From contig BQFW01000015.1 in NCBI GenBank assembly GCA_020891255.1, forward strand, positions 1-64,000: a stretch of DNA of 64,000 bases. The letters are read 5' to 3'. Source of the DNA: Entomortierella parvispora E1425. Lineage: Eukaryota; Fungi; Mortierellomycota. Within the stretch, counting starts at the first letter, position 1. Each line of letters starts with the position of its first letter. A model generated the notes under the pieces. The model saw only the letters and a program-made list of their open reading frames with translations, made no database searches and was not told where the DNA came from. Shown here piece by piece: positions 49,943-62,638 of the stretch. A program made the translations under genes and the position numbers.

Positions 49943-52900
49943 GAGGAAGAGAAAAAAGAAACGCTCATTCTGACGTTCTCTTCGTTTTATTGTCTACGCA
50001 GTTAGGAAGTCAACAGCGTCCTCTTCCTGGTCCTGGTCCTCTTCCTGGTCCTGGCCCTCTTCCTGGTCCTGGTCCTCTTCCTGTCCTCTTCCTGGTCCTG
50101 GCCTCTTCCTGGTCCTGGCCTCTTCCTGGTCCTGGCCTCTTCCTGGTCCTGGCCTCTTCCTGGTCCTGGCCTCTTCCTGGTCCTGGCCCTCTTCCTGGTC
50201 CTGGTCCTCCTCTTGGCTCATTATTCTGGCCAAACCCTCTATGGCCGGATCTAGCAATCGAAGGACTTTTCTGTCCGCTTCTGCCATGCCGTTCTGTCAG
50301 GCTGTGTCTGCCTCCGACCTGCTGCGGCCCTGATTTTTTTTTTTGGTTGCGGAGCCAAAAAAAAAAAAAGCTTCACCCCAGGCGTGTCGTTCTGTCCGCT
50401 CCTGCAGTAGGTGTTGCTCCTCAAGCGCTTGATGTTCCTTCTTGGAAAAAGAATCCATGCTGATGTCCTCTTGGTTTTTGTCCATATAGACCTAGCGCCT
50501 GCCCGCGCTTGCTTCAGTGGTATTTTGGTTGGGCCCCTTGCTTCCTTTGGTCCTTCAGTCGAGCAGATCTCCTCTGGTGGGTCTCCCCAGATTGTCCATT
50601 GTGGGCCTTGGGTCTTTGGGTCTGTCTGGTCCAGTTGTCGCTAGGGGCGCTCTCTGTGCTCCATCATTCAAGCCCATCGCCTGTCACCAATCTCCTTAGC
50701 CAGAGGGCACTTGCCCATCTCCCCACATGTGGGGGATGGAGGCTGAGACTATGTGAGCTGGGACTAGGGCACCAGGACCGACTCTGTTGGCTTTTGCCCT
50801 GTGGCTACTTCCTGGAGTCTTTCGGTCGAACCGTTGCCTGTCTTGCCTGTCGACTCCATGCCTGGCCCATTCAGTCAAGTTGCTGCCTGTCGACTCCATG
50901 CCTGGCCCATTCAGTCAAGTTGCTGCCTGTCGTTGCCTGTCGACTCCATGCCTGGCCAATTCAGTCAAGTTGCTGCCTGTCGTTGCCTGTCAACTCCATG
51001 CTTGGCCCACTCAGTCAAGTTGCTGCCTGTCGTTGCCTGTCAACTCCATGCTTGGCCCACTCAGTCAAGTTGCTGCCTGTCGTTGCCTGTCGTTGCCTGC
51101 CGACTCAATGCCTGTTGCATGTGACATTACATGCCATCATGAAGTTTCTGATTTCTGAAACGCCGGAGCCATACCTCGAGTCTAGTACTTTTTTGTTGCA
51201 TGGGTCCACATTCGCACAGAAGACATAGACTGGTTGCACCCTGCTGTCCTTGCTGTCCTGGATGTTGCATCCGTTCGTACGGTAAGTTTGAGAAGAGTAT
51301 CTTTTGAAGAACGGGGAAAGAGTGATTTCTCAGAGCCGCAAAGGCAAAAAGAAAGAAAAGTGCTGCGAAAAGTCACGGACAGCGGAAAGGGAAAAAAAAA
51401 CGAAATGCATTCTAACGTGGTCTCTTCTTGCTGTTGCCAACCTAGCCAGTGACCTTGACCTTGGTTCTGAGTCGACTGAAGTTTCGGATCAGGTCGAGGT
51501 CGGGGGTTTTCTTCTTGGTCCTGGCCCTCTTCCTGGTCCTGGCCCTCTTCCTGGTCCTGGCCCTCTTCCTGGTCCTGGCCCTCTTCCTGGTCCTGGCCCT
51601 CTTCCTGGTCCTGGCCCTCTTCCTGGTCCTGGCCCTCTTCCTGGTCCTGGCCCTCTTCCTAGTCCTGGCCCTCTTCCTGGTCCTGGCCCTCTTCCTAGTC
51701 CTGGCCCTCTTCTTGGTCCTGGCCCTCTTCCTGGTCCTGGCCCTCTTCCTGGTCCTGGCCCTCTTCCTGGTCCTGGCCCTCTTCTTGGTCCTGGCCCTCT
51801 TCCTAGTCCTGGCCCTCTTCTTGGTCCTGGCTCTTCCTAGCCCTGGTCCTCCTCTTGGCTCATTATTCTTGGCCAAACCCTCCTGACTGGATCTGACAAT
51901 GGACGGACTTTTCGCTTCCCTGCATAGTTGCTATTCACTTCTGTCCTGCGGGCTTGATCTTTTTTTTTTTTTTGGCGGAAACAAAAAAAAAGCTTCACTC
52001 CAGCGTGTTGTTCTGTCCACTTCTGCAGTAGGTGTTGCTTCTCAAGCGCTTGGTGTTGCTCTCTTCTTGGAAAAAGAATCCATGCTGATGTCCTTTTTGT
52101 TTTCTTGTTCACATAGACCACAGCCAGCCGGGCTTCTCGCTTCAGTGGTCTTTTGGTTGGGCCTTCTCTCCCTTTGGAGACTGAGCTAGGAGGTCGATCT
52201 TGGTCTTTGCCTCTATTTGCTCTAGTTGTCACTGGTTGGCGCTCCATTCAATTATGACCATCATGTCACTGCATGTCGATTCCCTGTGGCCAAGTTGTTG
52301 ATCTCGGCGCGGATCTTCCCCCCTGGCCGGCTCCCCACCCACTCCCCCCCGAGGGACTGGGGGCCAGGGGGGTTTCTCCCACTTGCCCATCCCTTTTGTG
52401 TGAGGGATGGGAGTTGGGATTGGGGGCTGATTCTGCAGCAGCAGCATCTATTGCTATTGCCCCAGATGTCACCGATGGACGCTTCCTGCGCGCCATCCAC
52501 TCAAGCCCGTCGCATGTCGCTGCATGCTGATTCCCTTCAGCCAAGTTGTTGATCTCGGCGCGGATCCTCCCCCTCTGGCCGGCTCCTGCCCACTCCCCCC
52601 CGAGGGACTGGGGGCCAGGGGGTTTTCTCCCCACTTGCCCATCCCTTTTGTGTGAGGGATGGGAGTTGGGACTGGGAGCTGATTCTGCTGCAGCAGCCTC
52701 TATTGCTGTTGCCCCAGATATCACCGATGGACGCTTCCTGCGCGCCATCCACTCAAGCCCGTCGCATGTCGCTGCATGCTGATTCCCTTCGGTCAAGTTG
52801 TTGATCTCGACGTGGATCTTCCCCCCTGGCCGGACTCGCCACCCCACTCCCTTCTGAGGGAATGGAGTCCAGGAGGGGGTTCTCTTCTCTTCTCTCCCCA

Positions 52901-53834
52901 CTTGCTCATCTTCCTCACCTGTGAGAAATAGAGATTTGGGGCTGACTCTGCTGCTGCTGCCCTCTGCCGCGGCTGCCCCAGATGCCACCGATGGACGCTC
53001 CCTGCGGTCCATCCTTCAAGCCCATTGCAGACTGACTGCTCCAAGTTGGTCTGTTTTGCCCCCCCTCTGGCCGGCTTCCTCCCACTTCCCCCCGGGGACT
53101 GGGGGGCCAGAGGAGGTTTTAGCAGCCCTATCCATAGCCCACTCGTGAGCCGTGGCAATGGGGCTCGGGAGGCCACTCGCCATCAGCTATCCCATTAGCT
53201 TGCACTTGCAGCTTCTTCTTGCGCCTTTCTGCTCACCGTTGCCGTTCAAGACTCTGCCAGCTTGCGCATCCCAGCTCGCCCATGCGAGCGCGCAAGCAAG
53301 GACTCCCCTATTCCCCCGCTCACCCCTACTTGGGGTGACATGGGCGGGGCTTTCCTCCCATGCAGGCAGACAAGACAAGACAAGGACACCCTACTTTCCC
53401 CACCTTGCACCCTAACTTGGGTGCCCTGGGCATGGCTCACCCCAATCTGGGGTGTCCCCAGCGTAGGGTCTCCCCATTGCAGGGTTTCCCCATTGTAGGG
53501 TTTCTTCACCCTAAAGTCCGTCCACCCAGTCTCCCCCCAGAGACCCCAACTTTCCCCCTGACCCCCACTCAGGGGGGTCATTTGGGTGTGACCAAGAGAC
53601 CAAGAGTTGGAGAATGCCCTCATGCATCTTGTCAGGGTCGTGGATGCATGCGATTGGTCCGATCGGGTTCCATCGATCACGCCATCGTCAGGGTGGATTG
53701 AGATGGAGTAAGATGGAGCAAGATGGAAAAGATGAAAGAGATGCCCAACCCAATTTGGACCTCTTTCTCTTCTCTCCATTCTCTCCATTCCTCCATTCCA
53801 CCCACCCACCCCCACCAACAACAGCACTCCCACC

Positions 53835-54672
53835 ATGAACCGCCACGCTGCCCCCCAGCACTCCCCAGTGAGCTTCAAGACAGTTGTCCAAACCCCCAAG
53901 AAGGTCACCATCGACGACTTTGTTGGCGAGAATGGCCTGGTTCCCTTAACACAGGCCCACAGCCACCTTAAGGGCTCCATGATGAGTCCTAGACCCATGA
54001 ACCTCCGCCCCCGCCAGAGGCGGGCCTCCCCCACCCACACCGTCTTCGGCGGGTCCGATGACGAGGGGCAGGGGAGCGAGGACTCCAAGGAGGACAACCA
54101 CCAAGATGACGACGCCGAGATAACGGACCCTCCCTCGGGACAGGGAGGACGAGACGGGGCAAGGCCATCACGTTGCTGACACCACGTACGTGGCTGATGC
54201 GGACGATGAGGCTACCCAACCATTGCCGGCGCTCGAGCAAGAACAAGACCTGTTGGAGATGGTGCCACAGAGCCCGCTGGAGACAATGGGGGGTGGACTC
54301 CCCCCCCTGTCACAGGCAGCGACTGGCACTGTCGACCAGGCGCCCGTGGTTGACGTTCACCAACCACAAGACGCCCCAACCCCTATGCATCCGAGGCAAT
54401 ATACCCAGGCCCTGGAGACCTTCGTTCAGACTCTCCAAAGGCGCTTCGAGTATGTCGAAGCGCGCCTCAGGATACACGAGCAAGCCCAAGTAGGCGAACA
54501 TTCGGCGATGCAAGGCTTGGATGACCTGGAGGACCAGTTCATGGATTTGAGTGATCAGATCTCTCATCACCTCTTCCGCCTCAGGCCACAGGCCCATCCC
54601 AAGCCCAAGCGTGCCCACTCCCGCCCCAAACCATACCACTCCCGCCCCGCCTCCAGGCGTGGCCCCAGATAG
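53835..54672 (+). CDS. Orphan protein of ~278 aa, copy B
   Basis: ORFs 53835-54179 and 54190-54672 join on removing one G. Confidence 0.6.
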
Positions 54673-54723
54673 CCCCGTAAACCATCAAGCATTGAGCCGA
54701 CTGGCATACCCCATTAAAGAATT

Positions 54724-54742
54724 AAAACCTAAAAACCCTAAA
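54724..54742. repeat. Short interstitial telomere-like remnant (about 2 units)
   Basis: aaaacctaaaaaccctaaa at the position matching the 15822-15914 tract. Confidence 0.8.
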
Positions 54743-57174
54743 CCTTAAATTTAGGGTTTATTTGCCCTAAACTCGCATATTTAAACAGTTTCACGAGGTC
54801 CTGGAGCGTCTATGCATCGTTTGCGCCATTAGGATCGACCTTAAAATGCGTTTTTTTGTTGTTTCCTAAAAAGGAAATGTGTAGATGTTTGGTGGCTTAG
54901 ACTTTCTGGACTATTAGGTAAATCCTTTGTTTACTTTTGCTCCCTGGTTCGAATCCGGCTTCGGCCTTGCTTTTCTGAAGATAAAAATCTAGCGCGTTTT
55001 TTTCCTTCATAGAGATATGAGATTTGGTGCATTACATAGCTCTTTTCACAAGTATTCTATGTAGCTAAAAAAAATATCAATCCGTAAGGTGGATCTTGAG
55101 CAATTGCATTTTGTGATTTCGTTTTCTGTGAAATTCGAACGCTCATTTCTGGAGATCTATGTTGACGACACAGGTGATTTTCATATGGGAAGGTGCCTAT
55201 TCATCAAAGGTCTATATTGAAGAAGTAAAATCGACGGTTGACAATGTAGTTGATGCGTAATTGCTGTTCTTAGATTTCGATTTTTTTTTTGAAAAAAAAT
55301 AATTCTTTGGAGTGAAGTGGTGAGAAGAGCCGAAAGCCAGACGTTGACTGTCTCTCTCTTGAGTTCATTCAAACAGTTTTACTCTCCTGATCGTGCATGT
55401 AGACGAGAGATCAGCTCGCGCAGTTGTCATGTAGGTTTTTTATTGAAGTTCTGCAGACTGGACAAGACTAGGAACAAGTGGGGGAACGAGGTTGCAGCGC
55501 CTTTGTCTCAGAGCGGTTTCGTTCCTCGCTCATTATGCTCTGTATGTGGGGCAGAGGAATTTGCTAGCTGATGGTCGAGATGACTTACCTAAGAAGTGCC
55601 TGCGCCTGAATTACTGACTTCATGTTTCCTACATGCATCTCATTTGTTGCAGGTCCACTTTGGTTCATGGTTAGGTTGAATGAGCTTGTCTGTATGATTA
55701 CATGTAAAAAAAAGTTGTGGTTGACGACGGAGGAAAGGAGTAGCGAGCAACGTGTGAAAAAGGATGAAAATCGAGAAGAAACGCCCAGGACTGTGACAAC
55801 AGGGAGAGAAGAAGAGAGCAAAAACGATGGCAGGGGGCTGCAAGATGCAAAAGAAGTTAGTTTGATTCAAGAGAGGAGAAGGATGCACGAGAGAGAAGCG
55901 AGAGAGACGAGAGAGAAGCGAGAGAGACGAGAGAGACGAGAGAGAAGCGAGAGAGACGAGAGAGACAAGAGAGAGACGAGAGAGACGAGAGAGAGACGAG
56001 AGAGAGGCGAGAGAGACGAGAGAGAGGCGAGAGAGACGAGAGAGAGACGAGAGAGAGACGAGAGAGAGGCGAGAGAGAGGCGAGAGAGAGGCGAGAGAGA
56101 GGCGAGAGAGAGGCGAGAGAGACGAGAGAGAGACGAGAGAGAGACGAGAGAGAGGCGAGAGAGAGGCGAGAGAGAGGCGAGAGAGAGGCGAGAGAGAGGC
56201 GAGAGAGAGGCGAGAGAGAGGCGAGAGAGAGGCGAGAGAGAGGCGAGAGAGAGGCGAGAGAGAGGCGAGAGAGAGGCGAGAGAGAGGCGAGAGAGAGGCG
56301 AGAGAGAGGCGAGAGAGAGGCGAGAGAGAGGCGAGAGAGAGGCGAGAGAGAGGCGAGAGAGAGGCGAGAGAACAGAGAGAACAGAGACGAGAGAGACCAG
56401 AGAGACGAGAGAGAGGCGAGAGAGAGGCGAGAGAACAGAGAGAACAGAGACGAGAGAGAGAGAAACGAGACGAGAGAGATGAGAGAGACCAGAGAGACGA
56501 GGACAAGGGACGCAAGAGATGAGTGGGATGCAAGAGATGAGTGGGATGCAAGAGATGAGTGAGATGAGTGGGATGCAAGAGACGAAGGGATGAGTTGGAT
56601 GTAAGAGACCAGTTGGATGGATGCAAGAGACGAGACCAGTTGGATGCAAGAGATGGGTTGAGAGATGGGTTGAGAGATGGGTTGAGAGATGGCATGAGAT
56701 GGATGGCAAGGGAAGGAGGGAGACTCGACAGAGACAGACGGAGAAAAAAGAAACAAGTTCCATCGAACAACAACAACGCACGTTTCTCCCCTCGACCTTA
56801 ACAAATCCAAAAGAACAATGGTCTTGGGAGGGAAAAGGACAGGAGGGAGAGAGGAGGAGGGACAAGTGGCAAGAGAAGAAAGGGACAAGAGGAAGACGGA
56901 CAAGAGACAAAAAAAGGGACGGACAAGAGAAAAGACGGACGACGGACAAGAGGGAAAAGAGGACAAGAAGAAGAGAGACGGACAAGAGGGACATGGGCAA
57001 CAAAAGACAAGCGACAATAGCCGAGACCAACAACAGCTGTGACAAACCATCCTCAAGCGGACAACAAAAAAAAACGATGTCGTGCAGGTCCTTGTCTTCT
57101 GCAAAGTGCACATGCCAAGATCAGATCTCCCCGCCCCTGGGTGGGCATGCGCAACCTGTGGGGAAGTAGGCAGC

Positions 57175-57235
<61 letters not shown>

Positions 57236-59310
57236 AGTTCGAGAGGGGAGAGAGACGGAAGAGAAGGACAGACAACGAAGCGCGAGAGAAAAAAAATCAG
57301 GACTTCTCTGGGACAATCAACAGCGGGAGGAAAAGGACACGGGAGGGAAGAGTAGCAGGACAGGAACGAAAAAAGGACAGATTCCACTCCTTCCTCGACC
57401 GTTCCTCATCTCCTGCTATAGTGGACTCCAAAGGCAACGCGTCGTGCAAGGAAACCGAGAATGCAAAGAGCAAGGTACAGAAGGGACAACCAAATGGACA
57501 GATGGACATGGGAATCTTTCCGTCTTTCCGTCTGGAGACAACAGCGGATCCAACAACAAACGAGACAGGAACAACAGTCCACGCGGAGTCCAGATGCAAG
57601 AGACAAGAGATGCGAAGAGATGAGTTGGATGCAAGAAGAATGCAAGAGAAGAAGCAAGGGGAGAGACGGGTTGAACGCAAAGAACGAATTGGATTCTACG
57701 AAATGATGCAAGCAGTGAAAAAAGATGCAAGAAGCGAGTTGGATGCGAAAGAATAGAGGGACGGAGACACGGACAAGAGAAGAGACGGACAAGAGGGGGA
57801 AAAGAGAAGAGACAGACAAGAGGGAAGGACAAGAGGGAAGGACAAGAGGGACAACAGGGACGGACAGCGGTCGGACAAAGGGGGAGGGAAAAAAAAGACA
57901 GAAACATGGGCAAGGCCTGTCCATTCTTTCTTCTCCTTCCTTGACCGTTCCATCTCATCTCGGACTCTCTCATCTCCTACCTCGCTCTTCCATCTTGCCA
58001 CCTGCATCCATGCCATGCGCTTGCCTTCCATTGGTCTTGCGCCGTCCATCTTGTCGCCTCCATCTTTCTCGACTCTTACATCCTCTCCGTCCTTTGTGTC
58101 CATCTCATCTCTTTCATCGTCCATGTCCATGTTGCTCTTCTTTCCTATTGCATCCCACAACTCCCTCCTCCGCACCATCTCTTTGAAAGGCTGAGGCGGG
58201 AAGGTCAATTGAGAGGGTCTCAAAATGAGAGAGTAGATGACTCGATGAGAAAAGTAGATGGCGTGAGGAGAAAAGTAGGAGAAAAGTAGATGGCTAGAAA
58301 AAAATAAAGATACCGAAAGAGGAGAGAAGCGCAGATGAGTGGCTGCTAGAAGGATAGGATACGGGTGAGTCGCGCCAGAGACGAGCGCGTTTTCATGGGT
58401 CGCGTCAACATAAAAACCGCGGACAGGGAGGGCCCAGCACAGATTTTTTTTTACAGGGCCCTAGCACGGACTATTTTACTGCCAATTGAAAACTGGTCAA
58501 TATCCATTCTTGTCTCGTCCCCACTTCGTTCGAGTGCGTCTCGCCTGTTTGCTCGGCGTTTCCATAACACTACCAAAGAGATTATTCTTGCCAAAGCATC
58601 CGCAAAGGAGGCCACAGCACAAGCTGCGAGAATAAAAAAAAAAAAAGCAAAAGTGTATAGGTATATGATATCCAGGATCTACATCGCAAACAACATCCCA
58701 TTGCCGGGTTGCCCGGCCATTAGAGCCTTCTATCGGAACCCCTCTTTGTTTCAATGACGGGGTAATCGCGACGGGTTACAACAAGGGTACTTAGTCATGA
58801 CTTCATAGGCAAGATGGAGGAGATTTATTCTTTGGACATACGTCCCATGGCAGAACAAACGCGTGAGAGTTGACTTGTGTAGTCTACTGTATTAATTGCG
58901 TGAGCAGGGGGTCATTGAAGCCTCCATCAACTGAGTAGAGTAGTGTGTTCTCGACCATCCTACCACCCCAAGCGAATAGACAAGATGGAATAGATCTTCT
59001 ACAAGAGAAATGGTCATTGAGCTTGCCAAGAAACATGCGAGCAACGTTATTTGGTATGGTAGTTGGCGACTTGGGGTTTCAATCGCCTCAATCGAATAGC
59101 ACCGCATCTCAATCGATAGACTTTTGTTCATTTATTCATAAATAGATGACAGAGGGTCCACTTGAGGCAAGACCAAAACGTTGGCAGAGTCAAGTGGGTG
59201 GGGAAAAAAAAAAAATCGTCAAGTCCTAGGTTCGAACCCGGGGCAAAAGGTTGACCAGTCTATATCTTTCTCGACTAGACCAAAACCCAAGATAATCAAT
59301 TGAAAGACGA
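54743..59310. repeat. Subtelomeric repeat family S, copy 2 (lacks the Harbinger/Zn-gene insert)
   Basis: Colinear with 15915-18470 and 22600-24745 with many substitutions; homology ends just after ccaagataatcaattgaaaga. Confidence 0.85.
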
Positions 59311-59907
59311 ATTTGTTCGAGCTTTTTTATATTTTAGCCCAATTAATCTGGTGGTCACATGCTTTTCGGTGCTTTCACTGGAAAGGTGCTAAGAGCTGCA
59401 GAGCAAAATCGACTCAATAATCGGCTCAATAATCGACTTGACATCTTTGGAGGACCATAAAAGTCCTCTGAGTTCAGTGACAGTGATCACTCTCATTCCC
59501 CAGCATGTCTGTGTTCAGATTAGTCGAAATGAAGGGTTCATATTGTTCACGGATTTTGACCGCAGCCTTGTTTGATGTTGAGGGATATGGAGCCGATTGA
59601 GCCGATTTAGTCGAATGAGTCGATTTTTTGAGCTGGTCATTAACTTTTCACGAATTCAAAAATAGCACCGCTCCAGATTTCGTTTATCGAAGATAGCTCG
59701 GGAACCAGAAGAGCTACCTGGGATCTGATAACCTTATCTGTAAGTTCTCAATATTCCCTCAACCAAGGTATGCGTTTCGTGATTCTATGGGCTCTCAATG
59801 GGGAGCAATATCGATCTAGCTCTAGCCTTACGGTGCTAAAATTGAAATTTTATTTGGGAGAACAAACTACTACCTATACCTATATAGTGCAAAGCAGGAT
59901 TGCACGT

Positions 59908-62638
59908 TTATTTCTGGCAGACATATCTGATGATGTTTTTCAATTTCACCATTTCGTCCCTGCGCTCCTCAATGCCCTCATAGAAAAATGTATCCATATT
60001 CGCAAGGTTGATAAACACCATCACATCCTCGGCGCCGGTTTTAGGGTCTGTCAAGACATAGGTAGCTGGCATACCGCTCTGGACGTCAGGGAGCGCGATA
60101 TGAATGCGGAGTATGCCCATGAGACTGGAAGGAGTACCAGAAGTCTCAAAGTCATCTCGAATCCTTTTCAAAGTTTCGTTGAACTTCTTGCCGTCCTTTT
60201 GTAAGAAGCAGCTTCGAATGTTACTTGAGGTTATGTTTTCGAGGTGCTTCGCCTGTGGTACATTGCTGCTGTAGAATTTGACTGCAAGCGAGCCGGCGTA
60301 CCGCTTGTCAGAGAAAAACCAAGCTCCATCCGGACGAGTGCCAAACTTGGCAATAAGCATCTTGTTCGGGGGACAATCAGTGAGAAAGACCTGATCGGCG
60401 GCAGTGCCAGTGCTGGTATATCCAAATCCAGCGGGAGTGTTGATCTCGTCAATTTGAAGCCGGAGATTGTAGCACCAATTGGGTAATGCGATGCCCTGGA
60501 GGAAAGGAAGGTCCGCGAGAAGGAAACCATTGAAACGCTGAAGGGATCGACGGACAAGTGGTTCTAGTGCATCCCCCTTTGACGTTGTAGCCAGTCCAAA
60601 GTTTTCGAGAATCTGAACAAGTTGATCCATGTATTCCTTGTACGCAGGATCCGTGCCCGACTGCGCCAGCTCCTCTTCCACCGCATCCAGTACTATGGGC
60701 TCATCCATGATCAGATGGACGCCATCAGGGTGTTCCCGCAGTCTGCACAGCGACTTGTTCACAAAGTCGGACTGCTGCTGGCTCGAAAATGAAATTTTGG
60801 AATCATGAAGACGATAGGCCAAGGCCATTCGACTGAGAAGCCGCGCTGCCTCGCCCGATTTGTCGCTTTTCATAATAGTGCTTACGCCTTCCCGAAGGCC
60901 CCTCTTTACACTCTCGATCGTGAGGTCGATGGCAGTATCCAGAGTGGCCTGCTTGGAAAACTGGGTCTCGTCAGCTATGTTAAGGCGCTTGACGATGCCA
61001 AGGGAAAATCGGGCTCGTCCTGACAGCTTGATGCGCTTTGCTGGTGGAATTTCACAATCTGACAGGTCGACCAGGTCCGATATCATCTTGTTGATGTCAA
61101 TCGAGTCGAACTGGGGAAAGTCAGTGATCCTTGTGAAGTTGACGGTCTTGTCAAGAGCCGAGTATACATGGTCCGCATTCTGCAACGAGAGAGATGTGCC
61201 GAGGATCACAAGTGTTGCTCGCATGCCGCTCAGCGCTGCAGACAATGGAGTGAGAAAACCGCGGCGATAAATGCTCCGGACATGGTTTTTGCTGTCAAAG
61301 ATGGCGTCCATGTTGTTTCTGAAGTCGTTCAGAGCGGACGGCGAGATGAGCTTGCCGGCTAGGATATAATTCTCCGTGACCTGGGCTTCATCCAGAGCAA
61401 TCACCAGTCCGAGTCGTCGGGGGACAAGATGAGCGTGAAGCTTGGTCTGGGTAAAATGGAGCATAGCTTCGATGGTGATTGTGTCGTACTCTCGCAGCTT
61501 ATGAACCAGCGTGCGGATAGTCGAGGCTCCACCAGTAGTTGTCTGCTCACGGAAGTACTGCTCTGGCTCCAGACCTGGGGTGTAATTGAGGAGAAGCTGA
61601 AGGAAAAGCAGGCGGGCTAGGAACTCGAGGTAAACGCGCTGTCTTGCAAGTGCTTTGGTTTTTTCATCGATGCGGATCAGATTGCCCTGCTCTTCGCTTT
61701 CAATAGCCGTGTATATCATCTCGACGTCAGCTGCAAGTGTGATGAAGTTGGGATCGTTAAAATCCGCGGAGATCACGGCGCTTGGGGTGGAGCAGACGCA
61801 GTAGATGACAAAATGTTTGGTGGCTAGATCGATGACGGTGGCTGTCTTTCCTGACCCACTGGGGGCCACCATGGCTATCACACGATTACCACTAAGCGCA
61901 CCGATGTCGCCTTCGACAATAGAACGGAGAGTCTCGTTTGTGGTCGTCCGGGCCTTCCTGTCCAGCTCAAGTCCTAACATCACAAGCTTGATATCCGCTG
62001 CTGTGCCGTGATATGGCAGTATCCTTTTGAAAAAAGGCCCCAGTCTTTTCTTCTGGTAAGCCTCGGCTTCTTTTGAATCAACAACAAAGTCGCTAGTACG
62101 GTGATGTTGGAGGTTGTTGAGAATGACTGCTAATTCCTGATCGATATGACCCTGCGGAACACACTTGAGCGGAGGAGTGGAGGGACGGGGAGGAACAAGA
62201 ACATGCGCATGGGCTACGTCAGCGTAATCAGATAAATGGGTTCTTAGTCAATAGTCAAGGTCCACTTTCATTAGTCGTCACATGATGACCACAGCACGAG
62301 CAACAATTAGAGAAAGGCAAAGCTGCATTACCTGGTGGTTTTTGGACGAGGATATAGGTATCATCTGCATCAAGTGCAAGACCGGAGACAAACTCCCGTG
62401 AATCAAGCTTCATTTTTTCGGGTAGCTTCTCGAAATCAAGTATGCTCTTCTTGTCAACGTCATGGGGCATGGTCCATTTGTAAAGGATGAGATCAATTGA
62501 GCGTGTTTTTTTAAGATCCAAAATCTTGTTGATGGCCCTCTTGAGGTCATCAACGGTGGGATGAGGTTCGGTAGGAATGACCGAGAAGGATTCATCAAGG
62601 GCTCTTCCATCGTCGATGCACCAGTATGTTCGTTCCAT
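59908..62638 (-). CDS. Crinkler (CRN)-type protein, two exons (62638-62332, 62213-59908), ~870 aa: ubiquitin-like N-terminus, P-loop NTPase, PD-(D/E)xK-like C-terminus
   Basis: N-terminal YWCI..FSV..TVDDLK..LILYKW..YILVQKPP and HVLVPP; Walker A APSGSGKT; Walker B IALDEAQ; RPDG..LAVK. Intron 62214-62331 restores the frame. Confidence 0.85.

Larger units (their letters stand above)
38909..54740 (+). repeat. Segmental duplication copy B of the LINE-containing telomere-abutting block
   Basis: Same ORFs, introns and repeats in the same order as 1-15835; ends in aaaacctaaaaaccctaaa. Confidence 0.95.
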
